Shown here: in pieces, positions 18,022-23,525 of the stretch | How positions within the stretch are numbered: position 1 is the first letter of the stretch | Layout: each line of letters opens with the position of its first letter | Virus record (IMG/VR): IMGVR_UViG_3300032288_000917 | Strand: one strand, 5' to 3' | DNA: 23,765 bases | Source of the DNA: an uncultured virus (IMG/VR IMGVR_UViG_3300032288_000917) | Lineage: Duplodnaviria; Heunggongvirae; Uroviricota; Caudoviricetes | Notes under the pieces: model-generated | Database searches by the model: none | Seen by the model: the letters and a program-made list of their open reading frames with translations, nothing else | What the model was told of the DNA's origin: nothing | Position numbers and translations under genes: made by a program

Positions 18022-18413
18022 AATTCTTGGGTTGATGAGTATCTTTAGAACCTAATCTATAAGCAACACCTTTGTCCTAAATTAGAAAAATCTACCTTTT
18101 CTAACTTTATTATTTTTGCACACTTATGCCCTTGGGATTTTCATCCTTTAAGCACTTGCGTGCATCATTTTACTGTCTTTCCTTCAAGTCGTCTGAGCCT
18201 TTCAGCTTTTACCGTTATACTGGAGGCATCTCTATCAACCCTTAGCCTTTAACCCAGTCAAGAAGCGTATGAACAGTAAGGGTTTTTCACTTGTATTCCA
18301 AGGTTTATTACCCCCAAGAGAGTCTGCCTTTGTACTCCAAGTGTGCAGGAGTAGGTCTAACAGACGAGTCTTGTATTAAAAAGTAGCTTACGGGCTACTT
18401 TTGCATGACATGC
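17990..18413 (-). ncRNA. Candidate ~420-nt structured non-coding RNA, family not recognised
   Basis: Own consensus promoter and terminator, no sense ORF of 60 aa or more, many nested helices and GNRA-capped hairpins (see findings). Confidence 0.65.
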
Positions 18414-18417
18414 GGGG

Positions 18418-18449
18418 CAAATATAATACTCATTTTTACAAACACCAAA
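18418..18449 (-). promoter_or_regulatory. Consensus Bacteroidota promoter driving the candidate ncRNA
   Basis: TTTG (18449-18446), N20, TATATTTG (18425-18418). Confidence 0.85.
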
Positions 18450-18465
18450 AAAATGTAAAAAAAAG

Positions 18466-18675
18466 TTATGGGGCTATAGCATTTTTAACCCTATCCAAAC
18501 TAGGATTGTGGCAAAACCTCAACTTCTTATTAGATATAGTCCATATCTCCCCATTATCCAAAGCACAGGTAAACAGCAAATCATGCTCCTGACTATAATC
18601 TATCACTAAAAAAGCATACCCCTCCATTTTATGCTCAATAGAATAAATAGGTATCATAGGATTTAATTGTAGCAT
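18466..18675 (-). CDS. Small phage protein, 69 aa; start revised to MLQLNP
   Basis: MLQLNP.IP...G.A..VIDY..E.DL......GE.W...N..LR...N pattern recalled from phage hypotheticals; ATG is 3 nt from a TATATTTG box. Confidence 0.7.
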   Translation of the reverse strand: MLQLNPMIPIYSIEHKMEGYAFLVIDYSQEHDLLFTCALDNGEIWTISNKKLRFCHNPSLDRVKNAIAP

Positions 18676-18678
18676 ATA

Positions 18679-18686
18679 CAAATATA
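18679..18686 (-). promoter_or_regulatory. Bacteroidota -7 promoter box (no clear -33)
   Basis: TATATTTG with an A-rich upstream tract, immediately before the ATG at 18675. Confidence 0.6.
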
Positions 18687-18788
18687 AATTTTTTTTATTT
18701 TTTATGGGAATTAGAGAGTTACCCACCCCACCAAAGGGCACCCCTTCCTTATAATAGCGGAATATATCCCCCGCATAAAACTATCCAA

Positions 18789-19052
18789 ATGGAAAAAGAA
18801 CTTGAATTGTTAACCTTAGCAGAAATTAAGGAAGCATTAGGTGCATCTGAATTGCGTGTTGTAGATTCTAACAATACGGATGACAATGGTGAAGCACTAC
18901 GTAGCACTGTGTACCACGGATCTACCAAGTTAGGCTTAGTAAAGAAAGGATTACTTGCTAAAGACCTAAAGGATAACCAAGACTATGTAGTTGCAGTCAA
19001 GAATCCTGAACTTGGTTGGGTATTTACTATTAGGAAAGGGGAGATTATCTAA
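18789..19052 (+). CDS. Hypothetical protein, 87 aa; first gene of the rightward arm
   Basis: ORF with A-rich leader, followed by a terminator. Confidence 0.75.
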   Translation: MEKELELLTLAEIKEALGASELRVVDSNNTDDNGEALRSTVYHGSTKLGLVKKGLLAKDLKDNQDYVVAVKNPELGWVFTIRKGEII

Positions 19053-19066
19053 TCCCCTTTTCTTTC
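19034..19066 (+). terminator. Intrinsic terminator overlapping the stop codon
   Basis: AAAGGGGA / TCCCCTTT stem followed by a pyrimidine run. Confidence 0.7.
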
Positions 19067-19130
19067 TTCCCTTGTCTACACCATACTACACACTACACGT
19101 TACTTATTGTGTATAGCATTATACCTAAAA

Positions 19131-19302
19131 AACTCAATCTCTTCCCAAAGGATAGCAGATGTAATAGAGTATATATTAGGGTTGGGATATAAAGAGTTAT
19201 GCCTCCAACATCTATTATACATCTGAGTGCAGAGGGATTACATCAGGACTTTATCTATTGGACTTCACACAATAGAAGCTTTACGGTGAGGCTTAAACCG
19301 TT
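19131..19302 (+). ncRNA. Candidate structured RNA element
   Basis: Intergenic; several 5-8 bp helices, two of them mutually exclusive (see findings). Confidence 0.4.
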
Positions 19303-19361
19303 CTATTAGATTTTACTCAATACCATTAATATAGCATTCTCACTAAAATCCCACAAACATC

Positions 19362-19523
19362 ATGTCAAACTCAAGCAAAGCAGTTCTATCAATGTTAATG
19401 GCATTAATCTGTAGTTTCTTTTTCTTTAGTGCATTAGAATTAGAGATATACATAGTAGCATTAGTATTCTGTCTTATGATGGGAGGCTTTGCTATGGTAG
19501 GCTTACATTACGATCGTAAGTAA
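19362..19523 (+). CDS. Small two-TM membrane protein, 53 aa (MSNSSKAVLSMLMALICSFFFFSALELEIYIVALVFCLMMGGFAMVGLHYDRK)
   Basis: Translated by hand; AC-rich leader like neighbouring genes; two hydrophobic segments. Below the ORF-track cutoff. Confidence 0.65.
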   Translation: MSNSSKAVLSMLMALICSFFFFSALELEIYIVALVFCLMMGGFAMVGLHYDRK

Positions 19524-19529
19524 TAGTAA

Positions 19530-19604
19530 GGTCCTGTAGGTAAACGGATATACCAGTTGCCTTCTAAGCATCTATTCTACGTTCGATTCGTAGCAGGACC
19601 ACCA
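19530..19604 (+). tRNA. trnR: tRNA-Arg(UCU), CCA encoded
   Basis: Acceptor GGTCCTG/CAGGACC-A-CCA, anticodon loop CT-TCT-AA, T arm CTACG-TTCGATT-CGTAG. Confidence 0.92.
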
Positions 19605-19626
19605 ATCAACCAACCACATCACACAC

Positions 19627-19773
19627 ATGCAACCAGTTAAACCTAAACCTAGCCTCAGGCTAATCACATTACTGTGGTTTGTCAGAGCTACACCAAGAGA
19701 CAGGAATAACTATCCTGTAGCAGAAGTAATAGAAACTAAAGAACTAGGATTTCTACACATCCATCTTAACTAA
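19627..19773 (+). CDS. Small hypothetical protein, 48 aa (MQPVKPKPSLRLITLLWFVRATPRDRNNYPVAEVIETKELGFLHIHLN)
   Basis: Translated by hand; fills the gap between the tRNA and next gene; AC-rich leader. Confidence 0.55.
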   Translation: MQPVKPKPSLRLITLLWFVRATPRDRNNYPVAEVIETKELGFLHIHLN

Positions 19774-19802
19774 CACACTAACACACACTACACACACTCA
19801 CA
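19770..19802 (+). repeat. Short imperfect tandem repeat CTA(AC)n forming the leader of the next gene
   Basis: CTAACACA-CTAACACACA-CTACACACA-CTCACA-ATG. Confidence 0.8.
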
Positions 19803-20159
19803 ATGGACAAAGCATCTAATTACATCAAAGGATTTATTGGAGCATACCTATTCATTATAAGCACAGTAGGCTCAGGTATTTCAGTTTATCTGTTTACAGA
19901 GAATGCATTTTACCCATTCCTTGCAATAGTGTTAAACATGGTATTATTCTATACACATGATACACTATGGAATAAGGCTGTAATAGAAGAAAAAGAAGAA
20001 ACTGAACAGATTAAATTAAAGCAAGAACCTATTAAAGTAATAGGTACACGCACAGTAAACTATTATGAAGAGGTACAAGACATACCTACAATAGATCATG
20101 ATAGACCATTCAAATTCAACTTGGCTAAGACTTACTACGAACCAAAGAAACCAGTATAA
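19803..20159 (+). CDS. Membrane protein with two N-terminal TM helices, 118 aa
   Basis: Two hydrophobic stretches followed by a charged tail. Confidence 0.75.
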   Translation: MDKASNYIKGFIGAYLFIISTVGSGISVYLFTENAFYPFLAIVLNMVLFYTHDTLWNKAVIEEKEETEQIKLKQEPIKVIGTRTVNYYEEVQDIPTIDHDRPFKFNLAKTYYEPKKPV

Positions 20160-20201
20160 TACACACATAGTTCCATTAACAATCAAACCATCCTACACAT
20201 C

Positions 20202-20489
20202 ATGCCAAAAAGGATCTACAAAGCCTGGACAAAGGCTGAGCGCAAAGCGCTAATCAAGACAGTCTTTACATCTGGTGAAGACATTACTGCATTTGCTCGT
20301 CAAACGGGCCGTACCTATTCTTCTGTAACAGCAGCATACAGAAGATTTACAAAGAAGAATATATTAGAAAGTAGCACTGCTTCTGTACCTAGTAAATCAA
20401 AAAAGCTAGGTAATAAGCAGACTACTTATGTATTTAAGAACTGCAAATCTGTAGAAATTAGTGGTAACACAGTAATTATACAGATATAG
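20202..20489 (+). CDS. Basic HTH (Myb/SANT-like) DNA-binding protein, 95 aa
   Basis: WTKAERKAL...FARQTGRTYSSV pattern. Confidence 0.6.
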   Translation: MPKRIYKAWTKAERKALIKTVFTSGEDITAFARQTGRTYSSVTAAYRRFTKKNILESSTASVPSKSKKLGNKQTTYVFKNCKSVEISGNTVIIQI

Positions 20490-20491
20490 TT

Positions 20492-20791
20492 ATGACAGAA
20501 GCCCAAATCCTGATGCGATGGAACAATATTCCTATTGCACGAATCAATGAGAATTACAAACTAAAGATTTTAAGAAAGATTCGGCAGAATGCAAGTACTA
20601 AATGGTACGGGCATTCTGCTCAAGATTGGATTGAGGCTTTTGCCGCCAAGGACAGTGCAGAGCAAAAATGCTATTTGGATAATATTGAAGCTGCAATACA
20701 ATTGGCACAAATGAGGCGTAGAAAAGAGTATGAAAATAACCGTATAACATTCAGATTACTTACGGGTATTTGTCGTGCTGCAAATCTGTAG
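20492..20791 (+). CDS. Hypothetical protein, 99 aa
   Basis: ORF starts 2 nt after the previous stop. Confidence 0.7.
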   Translation: MTEAQILMRWNNIPIARINENYKLKILRKIRQNASTKWYGHSAQDWIEAFAAKDSAEQKCYLDNIEAAIQLAQMRRRKEYENNRITFRLLTGICRAANL

Positions 20792-20947
20792 TACCATAGT
20801 ATAAGAATAACTAAATCCAGCTAGTCTACACAGCCAAGGCATGAAACAGAGACTAATGACTGGTCACAGTGAAGGTAATACTATTACTATATCTAATACA
20901 AAATTTAAATTAACTCAAACAGTTCAACAATTCAAAAAACAAAAATC

Positions 20948-21415
20948 ATGTCAACAGTAAAAGTAACAACTGCTTCTAACAGCACATCAGAAATTATCGG
21001 AGTATCTAACAACAATCCAGAGTTTGGCTACATTCGTGTAGAAGCAAATGAAGGATTATCATTTGGCAATGGAGGCTGGCTTAACTCTAAGAGCAAATCA
21101 GCTCTGATTAAAGGTAAAGTAGCAGACTTGCAGACATTCATTCGTAAGAATAATGTATCTGTAGGCTATGAAATTCCTGGTCAGATTGTAGTAATGGAAC
21201 AGGCTGGAACGCCTTTCTATGAAGGACAACAGCCTAAGCGTGCTGGTGTAGATGGTGAAGTTCTCTTTGTAACCCGCAATGGTGAAAAACTTCCTATCTA
21301 CCGTCAAACTGAGTTCACTATGGATATGAACAAAGTTGACATGCTTGTACAGCATGAAAATGCACTGTCTACTGCAGCTAAAGTAATTGCTGCTAATGAT
21401 ATTGCAGTAAAGTAA
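20948..21415 (+). CDS. Phage protein, beta-rich, 155 aa, function unknown
   Basis: NNPEFGYIRVE...SALI.G...PG.IVV.E...K.AG..G...PIYR pattern recalled from Bacteroidota phages; strong A-rich leader and own terminator. Confidence 0.8.
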   Translation: MSTVKVTTASNSTSEIIGVSNNNPEFGYIRVEANEGLSFGNGGWLNSKSKSALIKGKVADLQTFIRKNNVSVGYEIPGQIVVMEQAGTPFYEGQQPKRAGVDGEVLFVTRNGEKLPIYRQTEFTMDMNKVDMLVQHENALSTAAKVIAANDIAVK

Positions 21416-21438
21416 TAGATTGATAATCAATCTATAGA

Positions 21439-21486
21439 AGTAATTAGGGGGAAGTTAGGGATAGTCTTCCCCCTATTACTTTTTTG
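21439..21486 (+). terminator. Intrinsic terminator
   Basis: TAGGGGGAAG / CTTCCCCCTA perfect 10-bp stem followed by TTACTTTTTT. Confidence 0.85.
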
Positions 21487-21528
21487 TTATTATCTTTATC
21501 AACCAAAACCACACAATAACCACAAACA

Positions 21529-21828
21529 ATGGATTATTCAGTAACAATAATGCATGTATTCTACCATCCTGAAACACAGGAAGAAGAACACGTATGGATT
21601 GATGCAGATATTGTAGATGAGCCTGAGGTACACACATACTACAATGGTAACCCAGGACATCCAGGTTCAAGATCTGTAGAGATTACAAGTTGGGGTAAAT
21701 GTCTTGATGATACACACCCTGAATGGATTACATTAAACATGCTACATGATGCATTAGACTCTATAGATCTATCAAATCATAGTAGTAGTGACAATGACAA
21801 TGAATATGAATTTAACTCAGATAAATAA
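21529..21828 (+). CDS. Acidic hypothetical protein, 99 aa
   Basis: D/E/H-rich ORF with AC-rich leader. Confidence 0.7.
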   Translation: MDYSVTIMHVFYHPETQEEEHVWIDADIVDEPEVHTYYNGNPGHPGSRSVEITSWGKCLDDTHPEWITLNMLHDALDSIDLSNHSSSDNDNEYEFNSDK

Positions 21829-21830
21829 CC

Positions 21831-22220
21831 ATGCAAATTGACTACAAACTTGTAATAGTATGTGTATTAGGTATACTACTATTCATGTGGTACAAGAAAG
21901 ACCACAAAGCAAACGAACAGATTGAAACACAGCTGTATCAGAATGACTTACGCATAGACAGCCTACAAGTCGTACTGAATGCATATGACTTTGATCGTAA
22001 AGCACTCAACATTAAGATTAATACACTTAATGATTCTATCAGTGTACTTAATGCACTGCTTGCCTCTAATGAACTTCAAATCCAACAACTTAAAAGAAAG
22101 AGAAATGCAAAACTTAATTCTATTAACAAGTATGCTTCTGATGACATCATCAAGTTTTTGTCAAACAGATACTACGGAAGTAAAGACTCCACCACCACCC
22201 CAAAAGACACTATCAATTAA
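21831..22220 (+). CDS. N-terminally anchored coiled-coil membrane protein (i-spanin-like topology), 129 aa
   Basis: TM LVIVCVLGILLFMWY followed by heptad-like helical region. Confidence 0.65.
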   Translation: MQIDYKLVIVCVLGILLFMWYKKDHKANEQIETQLYQNDLRIDSLQVVLNAYDFDRKALNIKINTLNDSISVLNALLASNELQIQQLKRKRNAKLNSINKYASDDIIKFLSNRYYGSKDSTTTPKDTIN

Positions 22221-22590
22221 TACTCTTAAGAACGATACTATCATAGGCATTCCTAAGACTCTTACATTGTATCTTATACAAGATGCAATTAAAGCAGACT
22301 CTTATGCTGAAGAGATTGTATTACTTAAGAAAGGCTTAGACATCAAGCAAGAGGTAATTACTAAACAAGATACTGTAATTCAACTGCATAAACAGAAAGA
22401 AGCAGGGTTTAGAAAGCAGATTAATGATTGCAATGACTTGGTATCTGAGTTTGAAGCAAAGAATATTGGTTTAGAAAAGCAAGTAGTTAAGAAGACTAGA
22501 GCTAAAAGATTCTGGTTTACAGTAGCTATTGCTGCAACAGCTAGTATATTTATCACACACTATTCATGGAAAGAATCTGTGCCTTGGTAA
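22105..22590 (+). CDS. Exported coiled-coil protein with signal peptide and C-terminal TM, 161 aa; start revised to MQNLILL
   Basis: Signal peptide MQNLILLTSMLLMTSSSFC|Q (Gln at +1 is common in Bacteroidota), Pro linker, coiled coil, TM FWFTVAIAATASIFI. Confidence 0.7.
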   Translation: MQNLILLTSMLLMTSSSFCQTDTTEVKTPPPPQKTLSINTLKNDTIIGIPKTLTLYLIQDAIKADSYAEEIVLLKKGLDIKQEVITKQDTVIQLHKQKEAGFRKQINDCNDLVSEFEAKNIGLEKQVVKKTRAKRFWFTVAIAATASIFITHYSWKESVPW

Positions 22591-22706
22591 TACTTATTGT
22601 TTTGTGTACAGGCTGTGCACAACAAGTGACAGATCCTACAAGACCTGATGTAGCTCGTAAAGCATACAAGACTCAGCAGATTAATCTGCAACATTTTTCT
22701 TACTAA
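22566..22706 (+). CDS. Small lipoprotein, 46 aa (MERICALVILIVLCTGC-AQQVTDPTRPDVARKAYKTQQINLQHFSY)
   Basis: Translated by hand; hydrophobic core ending in lipobox-like CTG-C; overlaps the previous gene by 25 nt. Confidence 0.55.
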   Translation: MERICALVILIVLCTGCAQQVTDPTRPDVARKAYKTQQINLQHFSY

Positions 22707-22711
22707 TAGTA

Positions 22712-22785
22712 GGGCCTTTAGCTCAGTAGGTTAGAGCGACAGACTCATAATCTGTATGTCGTAGGTTCAATCCCTACAGGGCCCA
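22712..22785 (+). tRNA. tRNA with CAU anticodon, probably Ile2 (lysidine, reads AUA) rather than Met; no encoded CCA
   Basis: Acceptor GGGCCTT/AGGGCCC-A with C4-G69 and C5-G68 (TilS determinants); ACAGA-CTCATAA-TCTGT; paired 1-72 excludes initiator tRNA. Confidence 0.88.
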
Positions 22786-22790
22786 CTATT

Positions 22791-22875
22791 GCCTAAGTGG
22801 TGGAATTGGTAGACACGAGGGACTTAAAATCCCTTTCTACAAAATAGAGTGCAGGTTCAACTCCTGTCTTAGGTA
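22791..22875 (+). tRNA. trnL: tRNA-Leu(UAA); no encoded CCA
   Basis: GCCTAAG/CTTAGGT-A, D arm GGTGGAATTGGTAGACAC, AGGGA-CTTAAAA-TCCCT, long variable arm. Confidence 0.93.
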
Positions 22876-22880
22876 CAAAT

Positions 22881-22985
22881 AGTCAGGTGGCGGAATGGTA
22901 GACGCTAAAAATGTAAGGAAGGAAGACATAAATCAAAAGTCCTGAAAGAAGGATTCCATGCAGGTTCGAATCCTGTCCTTGACTA
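22881..22985 (+). pseudogene. tRNA-like element (Leu-type D and T arms, no canonical anticodon arm)
   Basis: AGTCAGG...CCT(T)GACT-A acceptor, GCG-GAATGGTAGA-CGC, GCAGG-TTCGAAT-CCTGT; the ~54-nt centre lacks a 5-bp/7-nt anticodon arm. Confidence 0.75.
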
Positions 22986-23033
22986 GACAAGATGTATGTA
23001 GGAGGTAGAAATATCTCCTACATCTCTTGTTTT
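22986..23033 (+). terminator. Strong GAAA-capped hairpin, probable terminator of the tRNA cluster
   Basis: ATGTAGGAGGTA-GAAA-TATCTCCTACAT (12 bp), outer GACAAGA/TCTTGTT, then T run. Confidence 0.7.
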
Positions 23034-23056
23034 ACTAACATAGGTTCGTATATTTG
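23027..23056 (+). promoter_or_regulatory. Bacteroidota promoter of the HNH gene
   Basis: TTG (23027-23029), N19, TATATTTG (23049-23056). Confidence 0.75.
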
Positions 23057-23075
23057 TGACTACAAATGTATAACT

Positions 23076-23489
23076 ATGGAAAGATTCTTTAATAAAATTA
23101 ATAAGACAGATACTTGTTGGTTATGGACTGCAAGTTTGAGAGGTAAAACAGGATATGGCGCATTCAAACTTAATGGTAAAGTTATAGATGCTCATAGAAT
23201 ATCTTATGAATTGCATAATGGTATTATTCCTGAAGGAATGTATGTATGTCACACCTGTGATACTAGAAAATGTGTAAACCCTAATCATTTATTTTTAGGT
23301 TCTCCTAAAGATAATTGGCAAGATGGGTTTGATAAAGAAAGAATTAAATTATCAGGAGGAATAGATGCTAAAAAACTTAAAAAACATCCAAGTAGAGGCG
23401 CTTATTTAAGGGGATGTAGATGTAATGAATGTAAAGCTATCAATAATATGATGGTTAAAAGATATAGGGAAGGATTAAAAAGTAAATAA
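23076..23489 (+). CDS. HNH homing endonuclease (HNH_3-like) with C-terminal GCRCxxC motif, 137 aa; start revised to MERFFNK
   Basis: CWLW...GYG...AHRISY...VCHTCD...CVNPNHL..G...DN; ATG at 23076 lies downstream of the promoter. Confidence 0.92.
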   Translation: MERFFNKINKTDTCWLWTASLRGKTGYGAFKLNGKVIDAHRISYELHNGIIPEGMYVCHTCDTRKCVNPNHLFLGSPKDNWQDGFDKERIKLSGGIDAKKLKKHPSRGAYLRGCRCNECKAINNMMVKRYREGLKSK

Positions 23490-23525
23490 TCCTGTCCTGA
23501 CTACTAACATTAAATCAGAAACACT

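Larger units (their letters stand above)
22969..23503 (+). mobile_element. HNH endonuclease cassette flanked by a duplicated tRNA-like 3' end
   Basis: AATCCTGTCCTTGACTA (22969-22985) and AATCCTGTCCTGACTA (23488-23503) bracket a hairpin, a promoter and the HNH gene. Confidence 0.7.

Noticed and set aside
17990..18413. tmRNA, RNase P RNA or group I/II intron identity for the ncRNA
   Set aside because: No tRNA-like ends or T loop, no full RNase P P4 signature, no group II domain V, and no interrupted host gene. Judged by eye; an Rfam search is still needed.
18401..18592. 63 aa plus-strand ORF
   Set aside because: Non-ATG start, antisense to the 69 aa gene and to the ncRNA promoter.
19770..19802. 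CRISPR or mini-array
   Set aside because: Low-complexity microsatellite without unique spacers; no repeat-spacer array seen anywhere in the window.
21098..21670. Minus-strand ORFs 21098..21430 and 21476..21670
   Set aside because: Antisense to better-supported plus-strand genes.
19605..22990. tRNA-associated HDV-like (theta) ribozymes
   Set aside because: The 3' trailers are AC-rich, only 5 nt long, or a simple hairpin; no nested double pseudoknot was found.
21979..23075. Longer N-termini in the ORF track (21979 and 22992; likewise 3234, 8238 and 18741)
   Set aside because: The extensions overlap other genes, terminators or promoters. Downstream ATGs fit coupling, promoter position, signal peptide or paralogue alignment better.
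22969..23503. Group I intron carrying the HNH gene
   Set aside because: Only ~90 nt of non-coding sequence in the insert, too little for a ribozyme core, and it is flanked by a duplication.
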